Positions 18,356-28,854 of a stretch of DNA of 64,000 nucleotides are shown here, one piece after another (within the stretch, counting starts at the first letter, position 1; every line of letters starts with the position of its first letter). The stretch covers positions 5,184 to 69,183 of the forward strand of contig CAIJXH010000007.1 in NCBI GenBank assembly GCA_903824595.1. The letters run 5' to 3'. The position numbers and the translations under genes are program-made. Source of the DNA: an uncultured bacterium (GTDB lineage: Bacteria > Patescibacteriota > Minisyncoccia > Phycocordibacterales > UBA2100). The notes beneath the pieces were generated by a model that made no database searches, was not told the origin of the DNA, and saw only the letters and a list, made by a program, of their open reading frames with translations.

Positions 18356-19530
18356 TGCTGACCGCGATAGAGCGTTTGACCACAGTGATTACCCGTCCCG
18401 ATTTTGCACTACTTGATGCGAGTGTCTTTTTGTGTGGTGTATTGTTTTTGTTTTGGCTTGGAAGTGTGCGGAGGGATACGCGGCGACCACCTTCGGTGGT
18501 CGCCGCGTGCACACTTGCGCGTTTTACGCACAATCCGATTCTTACTCCCCATCCAGGACATGAGTGGGAAAACGAAGCAGTGTTCAATCCTGCAGCAATA
18601 GTCGATCGTGGACGCGTACACCTTTTTTATCGTGCTCTCGGATTTGACGGAATATCCCGTATCGGGTATGCGTGGAGTGATGACGGTTTCAATTTCACGC
18701 GTGTACCAGATCCTGTGTTTGCCCCAGACTCATGCGTTCCCGTGCGCGATGTGCAGACTATTGCTTCGGCACGCTATGATCGCGATATGTATGCGTCGGG
18801 AGGAGGATGGGGTGGTGTTGAAGATCCGCGTGCAGTGCGTATTGGTGATCGCGTATACATGTCTTTCAGTCTATTTGAACACTGGGGTTCTATTCGTATG
18901 GGAGTGACGTCGATTGAAATATCCGATCTTATATCGCATACGTGGACATGGGCATCGCATCGCGTGATATCGCCTCAAAATGAGACACATAAAAACTGGG
19001 TGCTGTTTCCAGAAAAAATACATGGGAAATTTGCTATCATACATGCACTCACGCCGCATAGTATGATTGAATACGCGGACTCTCTCGATCAATGGCATGA
19101 GCAGCCCATCAAAAGCAACAATCGTCGAGGGGGGAGAGTGGGTAAGTGGGATTCTTTTGTGCGTGGCGCCGCGGCACCACCTATACGCACAGAGAAAGGG
19201 TGGTTACTTTTTTATCATGGCATGGATCTTACAAAACCACGTATTGGATATCACGTAGGTGCCATGTTGCTTGATCTTGAAGATCCGACGATTGTTCGAT
19301 GTCGTTCTGATGAGCCGATTTTGTCGCCGATGATGCCGTATGAAAATGATTGGAAACCCGGAGTGGTGTATGCAAGCGGAGCCGTCATAAAAGACAATAC
19401 GCTTTTTGTATACTATGGCGGTGGTGACAAAACCGTAAACGTAGCAACGGCGCCGCTCGATCAATTTCTCTCGCAACTCACAGGTAATGTGCATATCGAA
19501 CTCGATTGCACCAACACTGTAGTATCATAA
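18352..19530 (+). CDS. GH130-like glycosidase/mannoside phosphorylase with N-terminal TM
   Basis: VFNPAA, GVEDPR, KNWVLFPEKI, YHG, VVY.SG, YYGGGD. Confidence 0.85.
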   Translation: MMLTAIERLTTVITRPDFALLDASVFLCGVLFLFWLGSVRRDTRRPPSVVAACTLARFTHNPILTPHPGHEWENEAVFNPAAIVDRGRVHLFYRALGFDGISRIGYAWSDDGFNFTRVPDPVFAPDSCVPVRDVQTIASARYDRDMYASGGGWGGVEDPRAVRIGDRVYMSFSLFEHWGSIRMGVTSIEISDLISHTWTWASHRVISPQNETHKNWVLFPEKIHGKFAIIHALTPHSMIEYADSLDQWHEQPIKSNNRRGGRVGKWDSFVRGAAAPPIRTEKGWLLFYHGMDLTKPRIGYHVGAMLLDLEDPTIVRCRSDEPILSPMMPYENDWKPGVVYASGAVIKDNTLFVYYGGGDKTVNVATAPLDQFLSQLTGNVHIELDCTNTVVS

Positions 19531-19534
19531 GTGG

Positions 19535-21457
19535 ATGTATATCGTACATCGTGATCCGCGCAACCCAATCGTCGGACCAAACGCAGAGCGTGCGTTTGAT
19601 GCGCGTGCGTCGTTCAATGGCTGTCCGATAAAAAAAAGAGGCGTGACGCATATTTTGTATCGAGCGCTCGGCGTACCCGATCCTCTTGGTGCGCGCGATG
19701 GGGCGTCTGTGGTGGCGATAGCTTCGGCAAAAAGCGGAGCCTCGTTTGTCGACAATCGTGTTTTCATTGCTCCACAAGAATCGTGGGATAGGTATGGATG
19801 CGAGGATCCGCGCGTTACTTTTTTTGAGGGGACACATGTTATTTTCTATACAGCACTCAACGGAGTGCCATTCAATGCACAAACCATAAAAGTGGGGGTT
19901 GCGCTTTCTCGTGATTTGAAAACGATCGATGAACGACATCTCGTGACACCGTTCAATGCTAAGGCGATGGCGCTTTTTCCCGAACGGATAGGTGGCAAAA
20001 TCACCGCCATTCTCACGGCTCATACTGATGAGCCGCCCACCAGAATCGCCATAGCGCAAGTGGATACGCTTGCACAGCTTTGGGATGAGTCGCGTTGGAA
20101 GGAGTGGCACGCATCACTCGCAGATCACTGCATAGGGGCTGCTCGTTTCGATACGGAACAAGTAGAAGTCGGGGCGCCACCCATAGCAACGAAAGAAGGC
20201 TGGCTCGTTATCTACTCGCGCATTCAGAGATATTTTGGGGGTGGTCAACCCATATTCGGCATCGAAGCACTTCTGCTCGACCGCAACGATCCCAGGCGCA
20301 TCATTGGACGTACCAAAGGGCCTATTCTCGCGCCTGAAGAATCATATGAGCGTTATGGAATGGTGCCTAATATCGTGTTCCCGTCAGGTGCTCTCGTGGA
20401 AGGTGATCGTCTCACGATATATTATGGAGCGGCGGATACGGTGTGTGCACGCGCATCGCTCTCGCTGAACGATCTTCTGGCGGCTATGGTTTTGGAGCGG
20501 CGAGCGGCAATTGCGATACGCGATACACACAATCCTATTATCACGCCTCAATCGGGTCATACATGGGAAAAAAAAGCAGTATTCAACACAGCCGCGATTG
20601 ATATCGGTGGAAGCATACATCTTTTGTATCGAGCAATGTCCGACATAAACACATCAACGTTTGGATATGCGCGTCTACGCGATGGGTTGTCGGTGGATGA
20701 GAGAAGTGACAATCCTGTGTATGTGCCGCGCGCCGATTTTGAAATGAAGCATGGTTCTTCAGACGGAAATTCCGGGTGCGAAGATCCGAGGCTTTCGATC
20801 ATTGATGACAGAATATATATGTGCTACACCGCTTTTGACGGCACTCACGCTTGGAGTGGTGCGCTATCTTCGATTTCGAAAACTGATTTTCTCGCGAAAA
20901 AATGGGAATCATGGTCATCTCCTCGCATCATCACGCCGGACGGAGTTGCCGACAAAGACGTGTGTCTTTTGCCCGAAAAAATAGAAGGGAAGTACATGGT
21001 GTTTCATCGCGTTGACTCCAGTCTCTCTATCGGAGCAGATTTTATAAGTGACATTGAGCGCGATCGCGTCCAGCACAGCGTAAGTATTATGAGTCCTCGT
21101 CCGGGACTGTGGGATAGCGAAAAAATAGGCGTAGCTGGCCCACCCATCAAGACATCGGCTGGCTGGCTTCTCATATATCATGGCGTATCACGTAATGCGA
21201 CATATCGTCTCGGAGCGGCGTTACTCGATTTGAAAGATCCGACGGTTGTTATTGCGCGCACCACCGATACTATTTTCGAACCAGAAATGCCTTATGAACG
21301 CGAAGGACAAGTCAAAAATGTTGTATTCTCGTGCGGAGCAGTCGCGCGCAAAGACACGCTCTTTCTCTATTATGGTGGCGCAGACACCGTGATTGGTGTG
21401 GCGACATTTTCGATCAAGAAACTTCTCTCCATTCTCCAACCTAACGTGCTTCTGTAA
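19535..21457 (+). CDS. Tandem two-domain GH130-like glycosidase
   Basis: Two copies of GCEDPR ... PEK/RI ... NV/IVF..G ... YYG.AD. Confidence 0.87.
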   Translation: MYIVHRDPRNPIVGPNAERAFDARASFNGCPIKKRGVTHILYRALGVPDPLGARDGASVVAIASAKSGASFVDNRVFIAPQESWDRYGCEDPRVTFFEGTHVIFYTALNGVPFNAQTIKVGVALSRDLKTIDERHLVTPFNAKAMALFPERIGGKITAILTAHTDEPPTRIAIAQVDTLAQLWDESRWKEWHASLADHCIGAARFDTEQVEVGAPPIATKEGWLVIYSRIQRYFGGGQPIFGIEALLLDRNDPRRIIGRTKGPILAPEESYERYGMVPNIVFPSGALVEGDRLTIYYGAADTVCARASLSLNDLLAAMVLERRAAIAIRDTHNPIITPQSGHTWEKKAVFNTAAIDIGGSIHLLYRAMSDINTSTFGYARLRDGLSVDERSDNPVYVPRADFEMKHGSSDGNSGCEDPRLSIIDDRIYMCYTAFDGTHAWSGALSSISKTDFLAKKWESWSSPRIITPDGVADKDVCLLPEKIEGKYMVFHRVDSSLSIGADFISDIERDRVQHSVSIMSPRPGLWDSEKIGVAGPPIKTSAGWLLIYHGVSRNATYRLGAALLDLKDPTVVIARTTDTIFEPEMPYEREGQVKNVVFSCGAVARKDTLFLYYGGADTVIGVATFSIKKLLSILQPNVLL

Positions 21458-21468
21458 CGTCTCTCGCC

Positions 21469-22776
21469 TCAAAAGAATGGTATTGAGATATTGAAAAATT
21501 GGGTGAGAAGTATGATGTTGAGGCACAATACCAATACCGCTCCTGCTGATGCGAAAATTTTGGTCAAGCGTCCGTTTGCGAATGTTCCCATAATATCGTG
21601 ACGCGACGTGAGCATGATGAGTGCTATCACGGGAACTGGGAGCGTGAGACTGAGGACTACCTGACTCAATACGAGTGCATGAGTCGCTTCTACCCCCAGT
21701 AATACAACGACGAACGACGGCATCATGGTTATCAATCGTCGTAACCATAGCGGAATCGATATCGTGGTGAAATCTTGCATGATGGTTTGTCCTGCCATAG
21801 TGCCAACCACGGAGCTTGAAATACCTGAAGCAAGGAGTGAAAGGAGAAACACTCCTGCGGCGGTAATACCCATGAGTGGTGTGAGTGTAAGGTAGGCGGT
21901 TTGAATGCTCGCTGCTTGAGAGTGACCTGTTGCATAGAATACAGAACTTGCCATCGCAACCATTGCCATGTTGACTATTCCAGCTGCTCCAAGTGCGGCG
22001 AGAACTTCCCAATTGGAATACCACAACACCGTACGACGATCTTCATCGTTGCGTACGCGCATACGATTTTGTGTGAGACTAGAGTGCAGATAAATCGCGT
22101 GAGGCATGACGGTCGCCCCCACGATACCTACGGCGAGTGTAAGTGCGTCGGCGTTTGAGATGTGTGGTACCACTGAATGATACGCAAAATCTATTATATT
22201 GGGACGTGTAATGAGAAATTCGACGAGGTAGCTCAAACTTATGAGAGATACAAATGCACCGATGACGATTTCCATCGGTCGAAATCCATAATTTTGCAGG
22301 AGCAATATGCCATACGTTACAAAACCGACAACAACGAGACTCGCGAGTATAGGCAATCCAAAAAGAATACTCAAACCGATTGCTCCACCCAAAAATTCTG
22401 CCAAATCGGTTGCCATGGCCGACACCTCGCTCGTAGCCCACATGCAATACACCACGGGAGCAGGGAAGTGTTCGCGCGAAAGTGACGCGAGACTCTTTCC
22501 CGTGATGATGCCTAATTTTGCTGAAAGCGATTGGAAGAGCATTGCGATACAATTGGAAACGACGACGACCCACAAAAGCTCATAGCCGAACTGCGCTCCT
22601 GCTTGAATGTTTGTAGCAAAATTACCGGGATCCATGTAGGCGATTGAAGCGATGATCGCGGGACCAAGAAATGGAAGGAGGCGTTTGATCCCGGAAGATT
22701 CTCCAGAAAGCGCTCGTTCTCCTGCCGATATGGTCCTATTCGACCATTCGGAGACATGTAGCAATTCACTAATCAT
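21469..22776 (-). CDS. mntH: Nramp divalent metal transporter
   Basis: AYMDPGN, GATVMPHAIYLHS, GTMAGQ, LVLSQVVLS. Confidence 0.95.
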   Translation of the reverse strand: MISELLHVSEWSNRTISAGERALSGESSGIKRLLPFLGPAIIASIAYMDPGNFATNIQAGAQFGYELLWVVVVSNCIAMLFQSLSAKLGIITGKSLASLSREHFPAPVVYCMWATSEVSAMATDLAEFLGGAIGLSILFGLPILASLVVVGFVTYGILLLQNYGFRPMEIVIGAFVSLISLSYLVEFLITRPNIIDFAYHSVVPHISNADALTLAVGIVGATVMPHAIYLHSSLTQNRMRVRNDEDRRTVLWYSNWEVLAALGAAGIVNMAMVAMASSVFYATGHSQAASIQTAYLTLTPLMGITAAGVFLLSLLASGISSSVVGTMAGQTIMQDFTTISIPLWLRRLITMMPSFVVVLLGVEATHALVLSQVVLSLTLPVPVIALIMLTSRHDIMGTFANGRLTKIFASAGAVLVLCLNIILLTQFFNISIPFF

Positions 22777-22936
22777 ATGAGATAGTGTCAAGTATACGCT
22801 ATATGTTGAATTCTATCCAGTATCAAAAGGTAGCATTATCCGCTCAATCACCCACTCACCCTGCTCTTTCCAAGACCTATTTCGTTCGCTATACTCTCAA
22901 ACAACACTGACGTGCGTATCAGTGTGTGACGATCAT

Positions 22937-23008
22937 TCCGGGGTAACTCAATGGTAGAGTGGCTCCCTGTTAAGGAGTAAGTTGTGGGTTCGAGTCCCAC
23001 CCCCGGAG
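22937..23008 (+). tRNA. tRNA-Asn (GTT), island integration site
   Basis: TCCGGGG/CCCCGGA acceptor stem, loop CTGTTAA, GGTTCGAGTCC. Confidence 0.95.
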
Positions 23009-24566
23009 CCGAAGGTCGGATAATATACCACCCTGAAAAAACCCATTGTTTTGGGCTTTTTCAGTTTTTGGTGTTTTGTAGAAGGCTTCCTCTGCTTGCA
23101 AAAGTTCTGCAAACAAGGGGGAGGGAACGGAGGTTACTATAACCCCATCGGCAACCTCGAAGTGTTCCCAGAAAAACGCAAGGTATTGCCGCTTGAGATC
23201 AAATGATGCTTTCGTGTATGCGTGATAGATGTCGCGTGCCAGCAGCAGTACCTCCTGCGCGACATCTACATTCATGTCTCGCTGATCTTCCAGTCCAAGT
23301 AGGTCGTCGTCAATGTCTGTCATTTGAGTCGTGATCTCTTTTCGTATTCGAGTGAAATCTGCGTCTTGAATGACACCATCGAAGAGTTTATCCTCTGCGG
23401 TCTTTCGTTTGCCTTCAAGGGCGGTTCTCTTGTTCACGAGTGCTTGTCGCCGACCATCGTACCTCTTCCGCCTATCAAGAAAGATGTGTTTCGTCTTGTT
23501 TATGACGATATTGATGAACTCGTCCGAGAATTGCAGGTCTTTGAACTTTTCGGCAATCTTGCTTTCAAGATCGACTTGCTCGCAATACCGCCCGCACCCC
23601 ATCCTGTTGGAGCAATGGTAGTAAGCGATACCTTTTCTAATGCCACTCTGCGACATAGCGTTTTCCATGATTGGCACAGCGCACGAAACCAGAGAGGAGC
23701 CATTTATGCTTTCGCCTGCGGCACGCCTTGTGATTGTTGTGTTCAAGTATCGTCTGTACCTGATTGAATGTCGCCTCGTCGATGAGCGGCTCATGCTTGC
23801 CGTTCTTGTTGTGTACCTTTCCCCACTTCACTTCACCGAGGTAGATGCGATTACGCAACAAATCATAGATGCGGCTCGGTGATAAGGGGTTCCCTTTGTG
23901 GCTTCGCAGTCCGCGACGACTCATCGCGTCGGCAAGGTCGTATACGCTGTATACACCAGTTGCATAGAGACGGAAGAGTTCGGTAATGAGTGGAGCGGCT
24001 ATCGGGTCTGGGACGATTATCTTGCGCCCAACACGACTCACGTTTGGGTCAGGATTATCGGTGTTGACATATCCTGCGGGAGGAATGGTGGGGAAGTAGC
24101 CCGCCTCGGTTTTTGCGTAGAGTGTACTTTTCACCTTGTCCGATATTTGGTCGCGGTAATACTGATTGATGTTCGCGTGCATTCGATCCGACATTTTTGA
24201 GTGAGCATTGTTTTCGGGGCTTGCCTGTTGAATGTAGATGAGTCGGATGTCGTTTTCGAAGATAAGATCCATGAATTCGATATGCGCTCGTTCGTTGCGA
24301 AACATACGATCCGACGCAAGGGTAATAACTGCCTCGATTTTCTTTGTTGTGATGAGGTTTCTGATGTGATTCAGCCCAGGTCGTTCGGCTTTATGACCGC
24401 TAATGCCGCCATCATCGAGAATCTCTAGCAGATCGTACCCGTCGCGCTCTGCACGTTCACGACAGAGCTTTTCCTGTACCTCCAAGGATAGTCCATCATC
24501 TTTTTGATCTTTTGAACTTACCCTTACGTAACCGACTGCCAATGGTTTTTCTTTTTTATGATTCAT
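22970..24566 (-). pseudogene. Large serine recombinase, frameshifted near 23640
   Basis: YVRVSS..Q...SL..Q catalytic motif and recombinase domain in one frame; zinc ribbon YYHC..C and coiled coil continue in another frame after AEWH*; ends LRGWDSNP antisense to the tRNA. Confidence 0.88.
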
Positions 24567-24653
24567 AGTGCGTATAATAAGTACTAATGTTTAGAAGTAA
24601 TGTGTACGCGAGTGTGGATACATGAGTTGTCTGAATCATCCACACTCAATCCG

Positions 24654-25664
24654 CTACTCATCGGAGGAAACACTAGATGGGTTTTCGTCCGATCCGACAG
24701 TTATCGAGTAATGTGCTTTGTTGTGTTTACTGGTTGTCCGTGCCAAACGCCCCTCGTCCACAAGTTGTGTGAGAGCCGAAGTGAGCACTGATCGGCTGAA
24801 GGCTTTTTCCACCGATTCGTCAATCTCTGTCAGGGAGAGTTCTGTAGCGTCTGTTTTTGCGAATGCTCCCATCACAGCGTTTTTTGCTTCATCCCGCTTC
24901 TCTCTTTGTTTGTCATATTCACCGATATATTCAAGACACACAGTGCCTAATGCAGTGTCCGCCATCACCTTTGCGGCAAACTCATCTTGCACGGGTGCCT
25001 GTCGAAGTTTATGTTGAGCAAATATGACGACACGCTCTTTCTTCTGGTACGAGAGCGCTATGTGGGAATCCACTGCCGCGAAGATGTCGGATGAGCCACG
25101 CAAGCTATTCGGCGACGTTGCACCCTGAAACAATTCTTTGCGATGATGGTGAGTACATATTACGCTCACGCCCTTGGCAGTGATTCTTTTCAGGTTGCCG
25201 AACACTACAGCAATCTGTCTCGAGTCGTTTTCATCTCCTTTGTGGAATCGAATAAGCGAATCTAAAACAATGAGTCCAATGCTCTCCTGTTCAACGTATC
25301 TAAGGAGTGCTGCGACATGCTCCTCCTTGTCTAACTGGAAGCCCTCGTCAAAGTTGAACCACACAAATGCATCCATCGATGCGCCAAGTGATATGAGTCG
25401 CTCTTTGATGTGCTTCGCATGGTTTTCTTTGTCGAGAATGAGTACATTGCGTTGGTGGGGGATTGTGAATTGTCCGAGGAATGGTTTGCGTCCAGCCACG
25501 CACAACGCGAGATGCAAGCACGCCCACGTCTTGTAACTTGCAGGCATTCCCGAGATGACCGTGATGGTCTGTGTCGGGATCAGTCTCTCGACGAGCCAAT
25601 TATCGGTGCCATATTCTGTACCGAGAATGTCGCGTACTGTCGTCGCTTCGAATTTCTTTTCCAT
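24654..25664 (-). CDS. AAA_25/RepA-like RecA-fold helicase with C-terminal winged helix
   Basis: WLVERLIP, Walker A GMPASYKT, LIVLDSLIRFH.GDENDS, HH.RK, RGSS. Confidence 0.85.
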   Translation of the reverse strand: MEKKFEATTVRDILGTEYGTDNWLVERLIPTQTITVISGMPASYKTWACLHLALCVAGRKPFLGQFTIPHQRNVLILDKENHAKHIKERLISLGASMDAFVWFNFDEGFQLDKEEHVAALLRYVEQESIGLIVLDSLIRFHKGDENDSRQIAVVFGNLKRITAKGVSVICTHHHRKELFQGATSPNSLRGSSDIFAAVDSHIALSYQKKERVVIFAQHKLRQAPVQDEFAAKVMADTALGTVCLEYIGEYDKQREKRDEAKNAVMGAFAKTDATELSLTEIDESVEKAFSRSVLTSALTQLVDEGRLARTTSKHNKAHYSITVGSDENPSSVSSDE

Positions 25665-25684
25665 ATCAGTGAATATGTTACTTG

Positions 25685-25846
25685 CTAATGGTTTCTAGGA
25701 GATTGCTCCTCCTCCAATCTTTCCTGTGCTTTTCGCTCGGCACCCTGTTCAAGGATTTGCGCCGCCAGAAGCTCGGCAAAAAGCAGTGCTGCCTGTGTTA
25801 TCCGCTCATGGTTCTTGTATGCGTTATTGTTGATAATGTCTCCCAT
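25685..25846 (-). CDS. Small helical hypothetical protein
   Basis: Short ORF co-oriented between island genes. Confidence 0.4.
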   Translation of the reverse strand: MGDIINNNAYKNHERITQAALLFAELLAAQILEQGAERKAQERLEEEQSPRNH

Positions 25847-25923
25847 GCGCGGGTAGTTTCCCAAAAGAAAACTGCCCAAACTATTGGGCAAGATAGAGCG
25901 ACGATAGGGCATCAGATTTTGCC

Positions 25924-26742
25924 CTATTCAGGGTACTCAACGATCATTAGATATTTACCTGCGCCCCTATCAGGATTCAGAACATCCACATGAATATCTT
26001 GTGATGACGCCTTTCTCAACTTACTTCGGATACGCCTCACATCATCGCGGAATTGATCTTTTTTGCGATTTGCAATTTTCAGCATTGCTTGGACGGAGGT
26101 AAGTGTTCCATCTCTGATCGACACATTACCGCGCTTCTCCATGCGATTCTCGAACAAGATCTCCACAATTTTGCCCTGAGAACGATAGAAAGGGACTTTG
26201 AATTTTCCATAGTCCAAATACCCATTCGCAAACTTCAAATGACATGCCTCGCGATTTCGGACGGATTTTTTCAAGTCATGTTCTATTTTTTTCAGCTTCT
26301 GTGGCAAGGTAGCTCCATCGAAAGAGAAATTGGCAACAATTGCGTCGATGGTGAACGGACCATCCACGTCGGGAACCTCAACGACTTGTGATTTGAGATT
26401 CTTGATGACATCCATTTTCTCAAGTTCAATCAGGAATCTCTCTTTGATCATCGAAACCACTCGCATCGTTGGATTTACGGCAACTGCTGAAAACAGTCCG
26501 ACAACGAGTGTGTAATCATTCGGTGCGGGTTTTTTGGCACGAACAATGGACAGAAGTTTTTCAACCATCTCGAGTTGGTACTCACTCTGACGAGAATATA
26601 TGCCGCGTAAAAATTCCTCATCCATCCTATCCGTGATCAAACGGACTGGTGTCTTGGAAATGCGTCGCGCTGTCTCTAAATGCTGAATCTCGTGAATGAT
26701 CTCTGGCGCAAGATTATCAAATGGCGGATGATTCATAGTCAT
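25924..26742 (-). CDS. Hypothetical protein, possible C-terminal OmpR-like winged helix
   Basis: QGKIVEILF...VRRIRSKLRK...RGAGKY pattern. Confidence 0.5.
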   Translation of the reverse strand: MTMNHPPFDNLAPEIIHEIQHLETARRISKTPVRLITDRMDEEFLRGIYSRQSEYQLEMVEKLLSIVRAKKPAPNDYTLVVGLFSAVAVNPTMRVVSMIKERFLIELEKMDVIKNLKSQVVEVPDVDGPFTIDAIVANFSFDGATLPQKLKKIEHDLKKSVRNREACHLKFANGYLDYGKFKVPFYRSQGKIVEILFENRMEKRGNVSIRDGTLTSVQAMLKIANRKKDQFRDDVRRIRSKLRKASSQDIHVDVLNPDRGAGKYLMIVEYPE

Positions 26743-26934
26743 CAGTAGTTTCCAGTTTTTATGCCCTATATAGTACATAAAAAACTAAAAACTACGAAAA
26801 GAATAGCGATAATGTCGCAATCGCTCTGCATCGGACAAAGACAGCCGCGCATAAACACGAGACGATAATCGAACCATTTGAACACTTTGATCATCCGCTT
26901 TTCGCAAGGGTGTGCGAACAGTGGTATAGTGGCG

Positions 26935-27097
26935 GGGTACGTTTCGGCGTACTCACACAACCAATATCGAGCCGCAAGGCTAGTGCCTAAACCATCGAGT
27001 CATCGGTGGCATGGTGCGAAAACGTAAGTCACAGAAAACCCGTCATTCAGGGCGTGACTTACGTTATAGGGGGAAACTCCTATATGACCGCAAGGTC
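26935..27097 (+). ncRNA. Candidate structured RNA with six hairpins
   Basis: TTCG, GCAA, GTCA, GAAA, GCAA loops and a 12-bp perfect stem, directly after TGGTATAGT. Confidence 0.55.
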
Positions 27098-27114
27098 TCC
27101 TGGTGGCGGGCTTT

Positions 27115-27720
27115 ATGTTGGAACAAAAAACACAATTTATTCAGAATGAAGTACTTGGCTTGGTTATTCGAGGTGCATTTCCGCCGTACACTAAAATCTA
27201 TGCCAAGATTGCCACGGAAAAAAACAGGGCACGAATGCGACACATAATCCGTGAGAAGATTGTTGAAATGGCGGAATTGTATCGGCAAAAGCATGTTTCT
27301 CCCGAGGCACATGTTGATAACATCGAGACATTGCAAAAATATATCAATACGCAATGTTGTAATTTTTTGACGAAAGAAATCTCTTTCGGTATCGCTCAAA
27401 AACTATTGAATCTCTATCTAAAATATGAATGGTGCCTGAATAGATTCAATCACGATGTACATCCGCCACATTGTCCTGTGGACTCCATTGTAATCAAGCA
27501 AGCGAACAAGGAGGGTGCGAAAATACCACCAAAGCCGCCATGGTCTCAAATGGCAGCGAATGATTACCTGTACGCGATAGAAGAAATTGGCAGGGTGGCT
27601 AGTAAGTGCCAAAAGAATATGCCCGCATGGGAATTGGATATCTTCAATGCGAATAATCCTGCCTACGGATTTGATGTCAGTGTGGATAAATCGGTTGGAT
27701 TTTTATCGGATGGAAACTAA
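27115..27720 (+). CDS. Hypothetical protein, possible HhH-type DNA glycosylase-like
   Basis: SFGIAQKLLNLYLKY ... HCPVDS.VI resembles HhH-GPD G..K....pvD motifs. Confidence 0.45.
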   Translation: MLEQKTQFIQNEVLGLVIRGAFPPYTKIYAKIATEKNRARMRHIIREKIVEMAELYRQKHVSPEAHVDNIETLQKYINTQCCNFLTKEISFGIAQKLLNLYLKYEWCLNRFNHDVHPPHCPVDSIVIKQANKEGAKIPPKPPWSQMAANDYLYAIEEIGRVASKCQKNMPAWELDIFNANNPAYGFDVSVDKSVGFLSDGN

Positions 27721-27742
27721 TATCGTATCGTACTAAAAAATC

Positions 27743-28837
27743 ATGAGAAACACATCATTCAAAATCTTTTTCGCGCTCGGCTTGTTTATTCTCATGCTTC
27801 CGCAATTTTCGTTTGCCGAGTTCACTTCAGATTTGCATTACGGTTCCACTGGTGCCGATGTTTCCGCGCTTCAAGAATTTCTTACCCAACAGAAAGTGTA
27901 TTCCGGTCCGACAAGTGGCAGTTTCTATTCACTCACCCTAGCGGGTGTAAAAAAGTTCCAATCTGCTGAAGGAATAACACCGGTGAGCGGCTATGTCGGA
28001 CGCGTAACGCGAGGAGTAATAAATCAAATTCTTGCAGGACAGGTTTCAACATCGGAAGAAAATGCCACTACGACGCGACCACCTGTGGATTTATCGCAAC
28101 AAAAAGATCAATCCTCCTCTATATCAAGTGTCTCACCAACTATTACACTTCCCAATGGTGCAATAGTGCGACTGAATACGGACGGTGCTGTTACTTCATA
28201 CACACCACCAACAACTCTTCGATCGTCAGTGGCAGAGCAAAATCAGAAATCTTCACGAGACATCACAACTCAAACACCGACACTGACCCCTCTTCCAACA
28301 CCATCAATAGCCATACCCACATCTTCGCCCATAATAGATTCATCTACCACATCGACTGTTGCTGTTGCGCGCGCTCTTACCATAGCAAATAGTCCGCACA
28401 CTGTTTCGAAAACGGTCGTTGTTGGTAGCCAAAGAGTATCCTTCGCGACAATCCAACTTGTTGCATCCGACTCGCCTTACGATATTTATGTAGGTGCACT
28501 GCCACTTATTCTCAATGTAGGAAATTCCGCAAAAGCAACTGACATTAGTGATTGTATGATATGGCTTAGTGGTAACCTGATCAATGCTGGCGCTAATATC
28601 GTGAGTTTTCCGAAGGTTGGCACAAAGACAATTTTTAGTTTTGACCCAACTGTAATGGTGCCAAAATACGGCGCACTCTCACTCCCTCTCACCTGCAATA
28701 TCGCAACCTCTTCTACACCTGGCGGAACATATTCATGGTCTGTCGACACGAATACAACAGACTATATTGGTCTTTCTTCCGCAACCATAATCAACGTAGC
28801 AGATGGTCCATCGCCAACAATTACTATCTCAAACTGA
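27743..28837 (+). CDS. Secreted peptidoglycan-binding protein
   Basis: Signal peptide; L.YGSTG.DV.ALQ.FL...G.F..LT...V.KFQ. Confidence 0.8.
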   Translation: MRNTSFKIFFALGLFILMLPQFSFAEFTSDLHYGSTGADVSALQEFLTQQKVYSGPTSGSFYSLTLAGVKKFQSAEGITPVSGYVGRVTRGVINQILAGQVSTSEENATTTRPPVDLSQQKDQSSSISSVSPTITLPNGAIVRLNTDGAVTSYTPPTTLRSSVAEQNQKSSRDITTQTPTLTPLPTPSIAIPTSSPIIDSSTTSTVAVARALTIANSPHTVSKTVVVGSQRVSFATIQLVASDSPYDIYVGALPLILNVGNSAKATDISDCMIWLSGNLINAGANIVSFPKVGTKTIFSFDPTVMVPKYGALSLPLTCNIATSSTPGGTYSWSVDTNTTDYIGLSSATIINVADGPSPTITISN

Positions 28838-28854
28838 GAGACATCCTTCAAACC

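Noticed and set aside
23630-23650. Programmed frameshift in the recombinase
   Set aside because: No slippery heptamer precedes the stop; a simple indel is more parsimonious.
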